Shown: piece after piece, positions 45,010 to 58,900 of the stretch
Layout of the letters: every line of letters begins with the position of its first letter
Position numbering within the stretch: position 1 is the stretch's first letter
Assembly: GCA_000320545.1 (NCBI GenBank)
Contig: ADNK01000266.1
Coordinates: 62,001 to 126,000 of the forward strand
Length of the DNA stretch: 64,000 nt
Source of the DNA: Bigelowiella natans CCMP2755
Lineage: Eukaryota > Protista > Cercozoa
Direction of reading: 5' to 3'
Notes under the pieces: generated by a model
The model's input: only the letters and a program-made list of their open reading frames with translations
Database searches by the model: none
What the model was told of the DNA's origin: nothing
Made by a program: the position numbers and the translations under genes

Positions 45010-46972
45010 TTCTTACCGAACGTAGTGGTGAGATAGCGTGGTTTAGAAGATACTAGGGGGTAGGCACTACAAGGGGTTCTCAACTCGCGTTGATTCAATG
45101 AAGAAAACTATCTTACGTCAATGAATAACTCATGTCGCAGTCTAAAACGAAACACTAGTTATCGCAATGAAGGACGGCACCGATTTTACTCCTGATTCAG
45201 CTCGTACGCTGCCTGCCACTTTCGAACAGAGAATCACCAGATTCACGAAATTGCGACATGATTATCAACAAGAAAATGACATAAATGGATTGAACTTTTG
45301 ACGGAAAAAACAACGATGAACACAATTAGATAAAATTTGGCAAAATTTGCAGCATACGGTATTTTAGATATCTGTTATAGTTCTATTGTAATACTTATAA
45401 ATGAGTAATTTTGTACCGATACATAAGATAAAATTTCAAAAATTTCATTCCTATTTCTCTCTCCTTTTAATTATGTTCGATTACGCCAGCATGCGCACCG
45501 TCAGGAAAGGCGTCCGTCCCCCGATAAAATAATTCGACGATTCTGAGACTCATATTTCTTCGGCTCTAGACGAAGGATTATGATGACGGAAGTAGACGAG
45601 CAGGATGAGAAGATCCATCTCTTGGCACAGATCCACAGAAATGAAGAGCATGACCGGTCAAGCATAGGATATTGCCCATGGATTCGTCTTGTTCTTCCGA
45701 TCAACACATTAGGAAGGGGCAGCGACCTTGGAAGGGGGTCGTTTCCTGCTACATCGTTACATGTCTTCTGAAGTAACCAAAATCGTCTCTTTTTCAAATT
45801 AGCTCTCGTTGTGACTGCTGCAATATGCCATGTATCGGCCAAGATGCATGCTGCTTCCTCGGTAAAAATTTGAAAAGTTAACTTGCAAATCGTTTTTCAT
45901 AAGTACGACAGCAACCTAATTCTTGGTGCTATGACAGTGATTTTCCACCTCTGCTTCAACGTCTGTCTCAGCTGCGATTGTGAGACTTGTGTAGATCCTC
46001 CAAGGTGGTGGATGAATTGGTCTGGTTGCAATTGCTGGTGCATTGTGATAAACACATACAGAGTAGCAAATGACTCCCCAGTGCGACCAACATCAATATC
46101 AAGTAGTGCTGTCACCAGCTACAGGGCATGCGTCCGAGCAACATCAGCAACAGTCGTCGAATGAGTTATTTGCCCACGCCTGCTGCAATGTACTAAGCCA
46201 ACGTGCCGTTGCAATTTATGGGCTGCGCTACGACATTGTACAGCAGAATCGAATTTGTAATGAAAATGATCATTGAAAAATTGAATTTTACGCGACAACA
46301 CAACACAACAACTACAATTCTTTCTGTAAAACCTGTTGTCTCATCATGGCATGCGTGGATATACGCGTGTACCTTTTAGACACATACTTCAGCATATTCG
46401 ACCATGCGAACGATGGTCAGCGCCTCACTTTGCTATCGTATAGTGCTCAGTAGTCGTCTGCCCTACACCCTACACTACTAGACTAGTACGATGTACACGT
46501 ACCTGCGGCGAGATATCGCGACTACAACTCCTTGAGCGCGCGTACGTACACGAAGTTAAGCCATAACGAGCAAACATATGCGCGCGTGTTTACAGTAGTT
46601 GCAAACCTGTGTGCTATACGTAACCCCGCAAGTGTGTCGCTTCACTGCTGCTGTGCGCCGGCGGCGGCTATGTAAGGCTACACATCTATGTAAGACATAT
46701 GCGCTTGTGCTGTTGTACGTACGTAAACACGTTGCTAGATGTGTGCTACACCTATTTGACAACACGTTGGCACATTGATCGATCGGCTGAATAATGCAGT
46801 CAGTGAGGTTATAGGGCGTGTTTATGTCTAGATGTGCTATGATATGCTCGCAATGATGCATTTCAATCTCATAGCACTAGTACTTACATGGAGAGCTGCT
46901 ATGTAACCATAACACAGGCGCAAGCACGTGTAACACATGTGGAGGTGGCTGTGGTTGCTAGTATATTTTTTC

Positions 46973-48424
46973 TCATATTATTGGCCACTGGATCATGGGG
47001 AAGACGCTCAATACTTTTGCCATTAGGCATCCCAAGATAGTTCCTATCGAGTATCCTAAGGTGCCAGTCAGGATTGCTGGCTGGACAGCTGATTTCCATC
47101 CTTTTGCTGCAGCCATTGCGCTAGCAGTTGCAGGGCCCCCAACGTTCGCGTTTGCAGCCACTAAAATTGCCCATGTTGGATAACCTAGCAAACCTTTCCC
47201 CAACGCCAACGAAAATCCAAGCTGGATTAGGAGGAGAATCAAAATGAATAGAAATACTGGCCCGCCCATGCTTATGGCAACCTTGATATCTGCACATGCG
47301 CCAAGAGTAGCAAAAAACACGAGCATTAATGCAGCACTTAGTGCTGAAGAACCAGAGAAGATATTTGAGGCAGCAGAGCGTTCCCTAGAGTTCTTGGATT
47401 GGATATATTTTGAACTAGCTGTGGAGGTTATGAGGACTAAAAGTGGTGCTATGATACTTGCTAACCCTAGACTCAAGCTCGGTTGCCCGAATGCCGATGC
47501 TACACGTCTCGATATGTCCAGTACTATGAGTGAGGTTGCCAGAGAGCTAATTATCGACATTTTTGTCGACATCTCTCCTTGGTTGCTATCAGCAGCATCA
47601 CAGTTTCCCTTGTCACAATGATAATTTTTGGGTAGTATATCAGGATTACTCTCTGCAGCACCTGGTCTAGTTGCAGGGATTATCATAAGGACAGTTAGAT
47701 ATAGTGCCATTGCTACATTATCAGCTGCCATTCCAGCTGCAAGAAGTGCTTGTTCACTTCCCTGCCCAAGGGTCGCAGCAGCAGCAGCAGCATCAACACC
47801 GCCAGAACCGCCCATTCCAATTGCCTGGGCTGTGCTGGCGAAATTTAAAGATCCTCCAATATAGCTAGCACACAAGCAGGCAGCTATTCGCCAGCCTTCT
47901 ACTCCGAGCAGTCCTCCAACAAAGTAATATGCAACTAAAGTTCCAATAATAGACCCTACCGCACCAATTACGAAAGCCTTTAGTACAACTCTGAATTGCT
48001 TCTCTAACAATTGTCGTAAGTTCGATCCTAGCAATGCAAGTGCTACAGCCAAGGGCATTAGATGCGACCACACCAACTCGTATGCTGCAGATATGGCAGG
48101 AAGTATTCCGATGGATGCAAGCAACATCGTAGATCCAAGTGCGACAATAGGTGCAGACAGAGTTGCTCCTATTTTTGTCCTGTCCTCCATTACTTGTCCT
48201 ACCATTGCCGAAAACATCAACACTGCCATGACGGTTAGATCGGAGTTGACAACCCATGAGCTTGGTGGAGCAATCGCTGTCCTCACTTCTGTGGGAAAAC
48301 GGTGAACCCCACGAGAATTTGTCGCCGATTCTGGTTTTTGATACCGATGACGTTGATGATTATGACTACGCCGAGGATTGTTACAATATCGAGTATAAGC
48401 GCTGGATAACCGAAGCCTTGGGTC
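46973..48424 (-). CDS. DUF819 (YjcL-like) multi-pass membrane protein; the frame stays open to an acceptor near 48424, so a 5' exon or targeting peptide is likely
   Basis: About 10 TM segments with family-like motifs AFVIGAVGSIIG, WRIAACLCASYIGGSLNF, AADNV and VAANANVGGPATA..AKGW..GTLGYSIGT. Confidence 0.8.
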   Translation of the reverse strand, partial: DPRLRLSSAYTRYCNNPRRSHNHQRHRYQKPESATNSRGVHRFPTEVRTAIAPPSSWVVNSDLTVMAVLMFSAMVGQVMEDRTKIGATLSAPIVALGSTMLLASIGILPAISAAYELVWSHLMPLAVALALLGSNLRQLLEKQFRVVLKAFVIGAVGSIIGTLVAYYFVGGLLGVEGWRIAACLCASYIGGSLNFASTAQAIGMGGSGGVDAAAAAATLGQGSEQALLAAGMAADNVAMALYLTVLMIIPATRPGAAESNPDILPKNYHCDKGNCDAADSNQGEMSTKMSIISSLATSLIVLDISRRVASAFGQPSLSLGLASIIAPLLVLITSTASSKYIQSKNSRERSAASNIFSGSSALSAALMLVFFATLGACADIKVAISMGGPVFLFILILLLIQLGFSLALGKGLLGYPTWAILVAANANVGGPATASAMAAAKGWKSAVQPAILTGTLGYSIGTILGCLMAKVLSVFPMIQWPII

Positions 48425-49057
48425 CTACGTATTAAGGTCGAGAAGCGAACAATCAGGCATCGTATTAGAACTTGATCTTAAACTTCTGCTTAAAGCTATT
48501 TACTCGGATCTTCATTGTCGTCGCAGAAGTTTCGGCAATTCTTTTCCGACTGAGGTCTTGTGCATTGAGAAGATGTGGAGAGGCATACCATTGCGAGGAG
48601 AAAGCAGATTGGGCAGCTACTACGGAGAGCATCTGTCTGTTCAAGAGCTGGCGTTGTGGTGGGAAGTATAGTTGTAGTAGTTTTTCCTTGTTTTAGTAAT
48701 TATTCAATTATTGTGGTCGCTCCTAGGACGGAGAGGATAAAGAAGTAGTAGTAGTAGTAGTAGTAGTGGGGGTCTTAGCAGGCACCATGTCCTCTATCCG
48801 AACACTCCCGACTCCCGACAATAATAACGACAAATCAATACCGGTAATAATATTAAAAATGCATGAATTCCATGCGGTTTTCATCAATAAACTATAGTAT
48901 TTGTACGTCGCTCAATACACGTACATGTCCTACTCATTCTTCTTCCTTGTCCTTCATTCCTCGTTCATTCATTCTTCCTAAAAAGCGTGAGCCTTCTCCA
49001 CACGCCTCCTTCCTTCCCAACCACAGCACCTGGAAGACATCCTGGCAGCACACAAGC

Positions 49058-51804
49058 ATGGAATCTAAGTTAGATCTCACCGTTGTTTTCAACAAGGTGT
49101 TTCATCATAACCATTGAGCAGGCCTCCGACACGCTTTGATGATTGGTTTCTTTTGTGCAAATAGGGCGAGAAAGTACTTCCATTACAACTGAGTGGTGAT
49201 ACTTTGGTTTCAACTTTAAAACGATTGGTAGCAGCAGAAGTTCATGTTCCGGTGTCTGATCAGAAAGTCTTCTACAAAGGTGGTGGATCGATCACAGCAA
49301 TGTGTGAGTATGTTCAAGGCTCAGATTAGTCGATTGAATTCAATTATGAAAAAGGTTCTGCCTTGACGGATACCAAGACAATAAAGCAAAGCGGTATTCA
49401 AGATAAGGATGTGATAGGTATCCTGGTGATATATCATCAATTTAGTGACCATGCACACACACATGCATTCGGCCCAATGTCGATCGATACACTGACAAAC
49501 GCCCTCACACTTATAACTCCGAAACACACACACACACTCACACGCTAAAACACACATGCAGAGGTCCAAGGAGTTTCACTATCGCAATCCCTAACGAGTT
49601 TGAGCCAGATCCCTCAACATATATGGCAGGTGACTGTTACTATGCAGCAGCATAAACTTGGCATGTATCAGAAATTCCTTGCCTTACACACGTCTGCCCC
49701 CCCCCCCCCCCCCCCCCCCCCTCCTCCTCCTCCTCCTCACCTTCATTGCCATCATCATTATCATCATCATCATTCTTTCTGATAGAATCCTGCCCAGCTT
49801 CAAGAGACTATCAAAGGAAATCCAAAGTTGTTGAATCAGCTTCTCCATCAGGTATGCTGTACCTAGTACCTAGTAGGAACTCGCGAATTATGATTGCGAC
49901 AGACTGGAAAGGAACTACTACTCCCATAATTGGCATCACGCAATGACTTATGATATTAATGTTGGTGGTAGAACCCAACATTGGCAACGGCAGTTATGAG
50001 CAATAACACATTTATGTTGGAGCAATATTTCATTGAACAAAGGTAACAGTTTGCACATTATTTTGCAGCTGTGTACGACCCTCAGTTAGTCGTCGTTGAT
50101 TGCCATGATATCGTGTAAATCGCGATGTGTTTGGAAAACAACCACGACTATGTAGCACTAAATCACACGGATCTATACACTAGGAGAGCTCGAGAGGCTG
50201 CAAAAAGAAAAGAAGATATGGAAATTTCCCGTCTCCAGGTACAAGATATTACAACATGCAATGCAATTTTCAGAAGTTCTCCTTTTCCTTTTTTATTTTC
50301 TCATGTATGACCATGATTACCAACCATCATCATTATGATAATATCTTAAAGGATGAAAGGTATCATACGAATTCAAACACGATGTGATGTTGCGGTGAGT
50401 TGGTGATCCAAAAACAAGGAATATTCTGCCATTTATAATACTTCTCCGTATAGGCTAACCCTTTGGATCCGGACTCTCAGAAAAGAATCCAAGAAATAAT
50501 TCGAGAAAAGAATATTCGTGAAAATATGGAGAGGGCTATAGAACACAACCCAGAATCGTTTGGCAGTGTCATAATGCTTTACATTCCATGGTACAGTAGG
50601 AAAGCTTTAGGCATCGTTAAATTCTACGAATATTTTACCTATTATTGTATTGCATCCTTTCTTTTTATTTTCATTTTCTTCATTGTCATTCTTCCTCATT
50701 CAGCGCCGTGAATAAAGTTCCCCTTAAAGCATTTGTGGATAGCGGTGCCCAGATGACAATTATGTCTCAAAAGTGCGCAGAGAAAGTCGGATTAGCGCAC
50801 CTAATCGACAAGCGGTGGCAAGGCATGGCAAAGGGAGTGGGTACATCAAAAATCACAGGAAGAATTCATGCTGCACAGATTCAGATCGGCAGTGCATTTC
50901 TTACCATGAGCATTACTATTCTAGAGAATCAGGTGAGCTGTTGTATTCGTAAATATCATGTGGCAGTAGTGTTGTAGAACAGAGAGGAGACGAGAAGAAG
51001 AGAAGGAGCTGAACCACCCACTAGACCACCACTTGCTGTTTCCCATAACACTACGACTTTATTTATGATTCATACCTCCCCACCTCCTCTTCAAGGACAT
51101 GGATTTTTTGCTTGGCCTGGATCAACTCCGTCGTCACCAGGCTTGTATTGATCTAAAGGACAATTGCCTGCGTATCCAAGGCCAGAACGTGAAATTTCTA
51201 TCTGAGAAAGTACTAGTACGGAGGAGGAGGGGGAGGAGGAATGAGATTTTTTTTTTTCACCCCAATGTAGATATATGATCCTAATAGTAGTTATTGAGTG
51301 ATATACTACTTAACAACAGGACATTCCTAAGAATGGAATATTTCAAGATGCCAAAGGAGGAAGAGGCGTTGGTAGCACTACTAGTAGTAGAAGTAGTAGT
51401 AGTGGTACAAGGAGTGTTGCTGCTGATAGCAAGCAGTCAGGCCCCAGAGGCAAAAAGCAGGTACTTTGTTACTATAGTTCCAGCAACCGTCTTTATTGAG
51501 AATGAATTTGATAATGATCAACAGAAGGAGGATAGGGAGACAATATTACTCGATTTGCAATATTAATCGATATTTCATAGATGGTCGTTTGTTCACTTAC
51601 TTACAGAAGGTTGGGGGTTCTTCTTCTTCTTCTTCTTCTTCTTCTTCTGGCATGGAAACAGAGGCTTCGTCTCCTCCAACAGCCTCAAATTCTAGACCAG
51701 GTGTGATGTCTGTGGATGTAAGTATGAAATATCTGAAAGATGATATACGTCGATGGTGCTCGTAATGCTGTCTTGCGTGTACTCTTTTTTAAAAGTTAGA
51801 ACTT

Positions 51805-51893
<89 letters not shown>

Positions 51894-52442
51894 GGGAAGG
51901 AGGTTACGTTTGGTGTGATACACAACCAGCAGGAGCAACAATGGTATCGGCGACTACTAGTACGATGAGCACTAACAGCAACAGAAGCGCACCATCGACT
52001 ATTAACCCGGTGCGTGTGTGTGTGTGCGTGCGCGCGCGCGTAGTGATAAGAGGAGGGAGAAAAGCGTGGGGTGTTTTTCTCTTATCTGTTTTTCATCATT
52101 ATGATGATATCATTTTGCAATGAAGATGATTCCGAATATGGTGCTAGTGGTCTCATGCCAACTTTTATGAAACAGCAACATCTTGCAACTCTGATAAGCA
52201 TGGGATTCTCACCTGCAATGGTCGGTTAAATTTTGTCGCTGTATATTCCTTTCTTTCATGTGATATGTGTGTGAGGGGTGAGCATGTTACTCTATGTTCA
52301 GGCTCTGGAGGCTCTCACAGTGAGCGGTGGAAACGTAGAACTTGCTGCAGCATATCTCTTTACAAGGGTGATTTTTTTTGCATACATATTTGAATGTATT
52401 GGTCATCACTTAATTTTTTCCTTTATTTTTATTTAGCAATAG
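49058..52442 (+). CDS. DDI1: DNA damage-inducible protein 1 (UBL - retroviral-type protease - UBA), multi-exon
   Basis: [106 protein letters not shown]-terminal UBL exons start at ATG 49058. Confidence 0.92.
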
Positions 52443-53696
52443 ACGCAGCAATGATGGGACAGAGCTTCAGCTCGAAAGCGAATATCTTTTCAGAATTAGT
52501 CTTGAATGGAATTGTGTTTGCCAGAAGCCAGTTCATGCCCGCGCATGTATACGCAGAGTAGGCGAACTAGAGCACGCACGTGATGTACGTTACAAATGTG
52601 TTAACACAAATACGTATACGTTTCATTCAAGCATAATAAATGCGTGCAGAGCGGTGCCAGCTAGCGTGATATGCATTTGGTGGTTGCTACTTGTACAGTG
52701 TTAAATTATGCCACGCATGCGTGCCAAAAATGGATGCTGTGCCAAATAATGTGACATCATTAGAGCTACATGCATTAGGATGACCACTGAAAAAAATAAT
52801 AGAAATGTGATTATATATGATCAATTTATTAGTCATCCATATCATTACACATCATAAGCTCTTGCATAAAAAGACGTGTCTAGGTGTGCGTATCTGCTAG
52901 ACTAGCTAGCTAGCATGTGTGCCACCAATCATGCTAGCATGGCGGCCTGCTGCTGCATGTAGGACACTACACGTACTAGCTAGCGCACTTATACAAAAGT
53001 AAAAAATGCTGCGCCATTCTAGCATTCGCTACAATCTAGCAATCTAGCTGCTAGTACAGGTGCGCGCACAATCTAGCAATGATCCATTTTTTTTTAGTAC
53101 TGCTCGCGCGTACGTACTAGCCTATTAGTGGCTACGGGCTAGCCCCGCCCTAGCTAGCTAGCTATCTCGACTTTTTGAGTGCGTCATCTCAACTAGTCAA
53201 TGTTGCGATGACGCATAGCGAGTGTTGCGGGCTTTCGATGCAAGTTCACATTCATTGTGTCTATATACATGTAAGCAACACAACTCCAATCACAATGCAC
53301 AGCATGGCTTCTGGGAAAAATCCTGACTTTTTTTGGTTTCCCCCCCAAAAATTGTCATTATCTACATGCTGATCTTGGCAACTAGCCTAGTGTAGCCTGT
53401 CAGCTGTGGCATTGTCTAGATGTCTGATGTAGCAGCCGCATTTATTGCTGAACTATACGAATGCGCTATGTACTGCTAGTTCAGCTGAGCGCGCTGGATA
53501 TTCTAATCTTAGTTCTTATTGCTTTTTACCAATAAAAATTTAGATCATAAAATGTGCGTTTAGGCGTAAATTTGAATTTTTTTTATCGTATGCACCACAC
53601 TAGCACAGTTGGCATAGATCCAAACCGTTGTCCAACCATCGAACTATAGGGAAATAAAGATGCTTTGTACTACTACGTGCGCTCCTCTTGACACTA

Positions 53697-54089
53697 CTAC
53701 TCGTGTTCGATCTGAGCGCCATCCAGTGAAGATTCCATCTTTTTGAATTCATCCAGGGCAGATGTAAGCCAGGCTGAGAAAGCCTCCCGTTCAATATTGC
53801 CGTCCGGGTTGAAAGAAACCTTTCCATCTTTGCTAGCTTTAACCAAATCAAGCAAGTCGAGGGATTCCCAAGTGACACCCTGTTATGATTTATAAAGTAA
53901 ATAAATGATACAGTCATTAAATCTTGATTTTTCTAATTTTTTATCACCTTTCCACCAAGATTGTTCTTCTCGATTAGGCGAGTGAGCTCAGCACCAGCAC
54001 CTTTGAACTTATATGCCTGATTAGCGGAAAAATATCAAAAGTGTTCAACCGTGCAAACCAGTAGTATTAGCTCGACATCACCCCATACA

Positions 54090-54162
<73 letters not shown>

Positions 54163-54637
54163 CAACCTCTTCGATCTCATAAGGTTCGATCACATCGTCA
54201 CCGTTCAAATCTGATAATGTCGAGGAGACTTAGTTGGATCGAAACTAGTACAAAGATGACGGGTTCACAATAAATACTCCGAAAAAATCTTACCAAAAAG
54301 CATGAAAGCATCCTCGCAGAACTTTTTGTATTCCTGAAAATTCCAGCAGTTTGTATACGTCATCATATTCATATTTTATATGTTAAAGGCAATCACTTTT
54401 CTATGCAAAACTTTATCTAGGATGACGATGTGAGTCTCACAAGTCAGGAAATTAAATTACGTTTGATTCTGTGGAAATGCTTCTCAACTGTGTTCCAGAA
54501 ATAGAGATTGGCCGGCAGAGCAGCGATTTATGAAGCATTGGAGGTGTCCAAAGCGAACCCTGCATCTTACTTATGAGGCGAACACCGCCCAGCCGGCGAA
54601 AGAAGGGACGCGAGAGGAAGCGTGTGACACGAGACAT
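53697..54637 (-). CDS. Small EF-hand protein with a mitochondrial-type presequence, multi-exon
   Basis: Arg-rich, acid-free N-terminus MSRVTRFLSRPFFRRLGGVRLISK. Exons read AFMLF|DLNGDDVIEPYEI. The last exon ends IEHE* (TAG 53697). Confidence 0.55.
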
Positions 54638-55941
54638 TGAATCCACCTGAGTTTCAGATCTAACTACACAAGGGCCTTCCAATATTACATCGAATAGCCT
54701 ATAATATACTATTACGACATACATTCTTTGTTGTAGAGGGCAGCCCAACTGACAACAAGCTTCCGGTCTGTGCACAGGTCTCTGAAGCTGTGCAAATTCA
54801 GATCATCTTTACCGTCTTCGTGAAAGAGCATCTTCTTTTTGGCCACTAAAAATGAAATTCAAGAGAAACTGCTGCGCTAGAACAATGGAGTACAGATTAA
54901 AATCTGTACTTTCATTGGGAGCAAATCCAACCAAATTCATTTGCATAAACTCTTACAGTTTTCAACACCAACTTTTTTAGAACGGCATTCAAACGAGACA
55001 AAGAAGAAATTCTAAGGTAGGGTTATATTTGTGTACATGAGACAACATGTAAAACTAAAAATTGAACACAATTCTAGTTTCTCTCATTTGGACTCTGCAA
55101 TTAAAAATCTTATGCATGTAATCCCAAAAGCTTCTCTTACTTTCCGGTCATGTGTGAGATATTCAAAAGCCATTCAAAAGCTCTTTTTATCGGTTTCGCA
55201 ACATATCTTGTCTCAGGTAATAAATTCACTTGTATTTAGAAGGCGAACTCATCCCAATTGATAATAAATAATATGTGTGGTCATCGTGCATAATATCTGG
55301 CTTTCAGATTGAATATTTGGATGAAAAGGACTGTATCTTTATAAAATATCATGTAAGAAGAAATCATAAGAATAAACTAATCTGAATAATGTTTGTAAAT
55401 TATTAAATTATGGATAAAATAAAGATGCGACATACAAAATACATTTTTTTTATAATCTTTGTTGGACAATTTCTACTTTTCAAGACATTCTAGATGAGTG
55501 GTCGGAAGACATAGTCTGATATTCACTAGAGGACTGTTTCTGGTTGTAACGCCCGCTCCCCCGTTGGGCTTAGATTTTAGCCCGAATCCACGTCGATTGA
55601 CCCCTGCATCCTCCTGGTATCATTGCCAACGGGGAAGAGGTAAATGATCAATCTAATTTATCCAATAATATTGCAGGATTTGTTAGCATATTCATTCTTC
55701 CCACGTTTTCTCGTCACATAAATGAATTTAGTAGTTGTCTCCTCTGCACGTATGCTCTTCTCATCTTTAGAACAATCATCGAATATCGAATAATGAATTA
55801 TTTCTAAAATTAAAAGCAAGTAGCTCTTATTCTGGTGTTCGTTTGCGATATATAGGGGCAAGTTGTGGAGGTGAGAGGAGGTTCGCAAAAAAAATAGAGT
55901 AACGAGACACAGGCAAAGCTGGTTGATAGTTGTTACATAAG

Positions 55942-58900
55942 ATGTCCAAATCGAAGCAAAGAGGTCTTTATTCAGAGGGCTTAGGGCCGTCGAATCAGAA
56001 GGTGCGTTCCTTCGTATCCAGTGGCCCGAATCCTGCTTTTACACAGTCAAGGGCCAGGGCTCTACGCGCACGAAAGTACCGGTTGAATGTTCCTGGGGGT
56101 CGAAAATGGGAGACACAGGAAAGGAGTGTAGCTACTAAGATTGGTGTAATAGAGCCGAAGGTGATGGTACCACACATCACTCTGCCAGGAAAACCACCAA
56201 GGAGAGTAGAAGTAGAAAGAAAAAAGAGATTATACGCTGCCCAAGATATCAACGCTTTGCTTAAAGAATCTGGAGTAGACTATTCAAAATTTGCAGTGGA
56301 TATTGACCACAAAACTGGAATGAGGGCATATCTTCCTCTGCAGCTGTTTGAAAACACAAGTTATCAAGTTCGGAGCAACTCAGAGTGGATTCGACTTGGA
56401 ACCAATGCTGAAGGAAAAGTATCTATTCCAGCAAAAGGTCTCTGGTTTGATCCAGGGAAAAACTATGAAGGCTCCTTTAAACCATGCATAGTAACGGGTT
56501 ATGACGAATCTAAAGACAAGTTTGTTGTCCAATGGAAAGAGTCGCTCTCATCAGAAGGAAAATCAGCGGAGGCTACTGCGAAGGGAATCGCAGACGGCAG
56601 TTTGTCTTTGCTTTACCGCATACATCTTTGCTTTGATGCTGAGAACCCTTTCAATTTCGTAAAGTGCGTGGCATATGCCCATGAGGCAAGACGGTGTTTC
56701 GAATCTCAAATTAAATACTCTCTCTATGTGGACTCGATGCCGACAGATAACATTGCTCCGCTTGAGAAGGACCAAGTGGATAGAGTCCTTGAGAACAGCT
56801 TCAACACCAAGAAGCTTAAGAAGTCTGGCCTGGACACAGAAGAACTTCTAGATGAGATCGAAATTGACTACGCCCGCACAATGAACAAAATTATCTTTGA
56901 TGGCAGCTCGCATTCTCCAGAACAGAAAATGCTCGCTGAGACATTAGGTAAGTATTTTTACTGCGGACAACAATTATGTCACCAATATTCCCTTTCTGAG
57001 AAATATTTCATTATTGTCATTACTATACTCTTGGAAACCATGGCTAACCTTGATCATTCCTCCCACCTCTTTTTAGGAGACATGCTCGACTCAAAGAAGA
57101 CCACGAAGCAAGCTGCTCTTAAAAAGGGGACTGTGGATGTTCCAGTTTACTCCTTTCACCAGCGATCTAGTAATTACCAATACAGTCATATTTAAGAATC
57201 AGGAATGTATTGCTGTTATATGCTTCTGGAGCCAAACAAATCACATTTACGATTAATAAATTTGAGCCTCACGTGTCTTCTACCTTTCTTCTAGGTGACT
57301 TCAAGTTCTGCACTTTCTATACCGCTGTTGAAGCCATCACTGCAATGACTTCAGTCAACGGACAATGCGGCCAGATTCTCGAATCTTACCTTTTCAACAC
57401 AAACGTGCATAAGAGTATGCATCTTGATGAATTTCTTCAGCTACAAATCTCGACGCTTCAACAGCGTTCCACAGAACTCAAGGAAAATTGGACAGCTCGT
57501 TTGATCGATGATATCAGGCGAATTCTTAGGAAGGCAGGAAAAGGATCCCTGAACATTGGCATTGCATCGCAGGACATGTATAAGTTCTCGAAAGTTCGGC
57601 GTTTTCTCAAACTTACCAACTTTGTCATGGAGGATTCGATCCGATTCTTAGCGAAAGACTCTTTGCAAAAGTTTCATGACTTCATTTTATCGAGTTGCGA
57701 CTACAAAGTAGAGGTCAAAGGTATCAGTGAGGTGAAAGTTGCAAAAGGGGAGAAAGCTAAGGAGAGAGGCAACTGCCCTCCTCTCTTTGCAATCGATCTC
57801 CACATTAGCGATGGCAAGCTCGGGTATGCGACTGACATAGCCAAGTTTCAAGAAGAGACCCAAAATATATATGACGATGCTTGCCAGAATCTGCAACAAA
57901 TTCCACAACTTGAGCCATACATTATGGATAAAGTTTTTAAGTCGACTGTTCGAGGCGTAGCGAAAGTAAAGAGTATATTCCGCAATCCAAAACCAGATCC
58001 TCTCAACTTCGAGCACAAGGAGATGATGTGGGTGCAGGATTTATATGATAAAATTGGAAAGACCATTTCCCAGGCTTCTGAGCCGCTTACATCTTACATC
58101 GAGCAATATAACATCTACGCTGATTTCATCAAGCTTGATGTAGAGGCTTACGTAACCGATTTCTACAAGAACCAACGTTCTAGAGGGGAGATTGAAGCGG
58201 AAATGAAAAAGCACATCGAAGCTATAGAACAACTTCAGGATGTCTCGAAGGGGGGCATACCCGACGAAATCAACCTTGGTTTGTTCATGGTTCAATCCGT
58301 CAGTTGTCGCAATTCACTTGTGAAGAAGAGAAAGCAAGTGATGACGCTCATACAGGAAAACTTCTGCAAGCAAACCAAAGCGCAATGCGATGCGCTCACT
58401 AAAGAGTTTATGAAGCTCTCTGGAGATCTCAGAGTGGACGTTGAAAGCGTCAAGCAGATGACGGAATTGAAAAAGTACATGAACATGGTGCCGATTAAAG
58501 TATCTGCCAAGCAAGATGAATTGGACTCTTGCATGAAGGCTTTTGATCTACTCTTTGAGTACGGTTATCGCATGCCCAAAGAGCTTTTTGCAGTGAAGTG
58601 GAAGACCTACGCATGGCCCCTCAATCTGCATAGGCAAATTAAGCAGATAGAAAGGAAAATGATTGCTGACAAGGCGGCCTTCGTTAAGGAGCTTCAACAG
58701 AAACAGCAAATGTTTCAGAACGAGTACGAAACAGTGGAGAAGCAGGTAAATTCGTTTGCATCCCTGACTGATTTGGAGCAGTTCAAGTCTGTCGCTGCCA
58801 AATCAAAAGACGTATCTGAAAAGCTCAGTGAGTTCATGGAACGCACAAGAGATTTTAATTCGAAGGAACGTATGATGAAACTCAAAGTAACAGATTATCT

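Noticed and set aside
45140-45880. Short ORFs between the KH gene and DUF819 (45501-45842 minus, 45580-45771 plus)
   Set aside because: No motif or consistent frame; possibly a degraded relic, but not supportable.
50705-50930. Retroviral-type protease in DDI1 as linked to the LTR element
   Set aside because: The RVP domain is a standard, ancient part of DDI1 and lies 32 kb from the element.
31-52123. Many short ORFs with VCVCV, poly-L/V/N/S/H/ER runs in the ORF track
   Set aside because: They are translations of intronic microsatellites, not proteins.
55557-55635. GC-rich inverted repeat CCCCGTTGG/CCAACGGGG upstream of dynein as an ncRNA
   Set aside because: Only 9 bp, with no tRNA, snRNA or snoRNA hallmarks that I can recognise.
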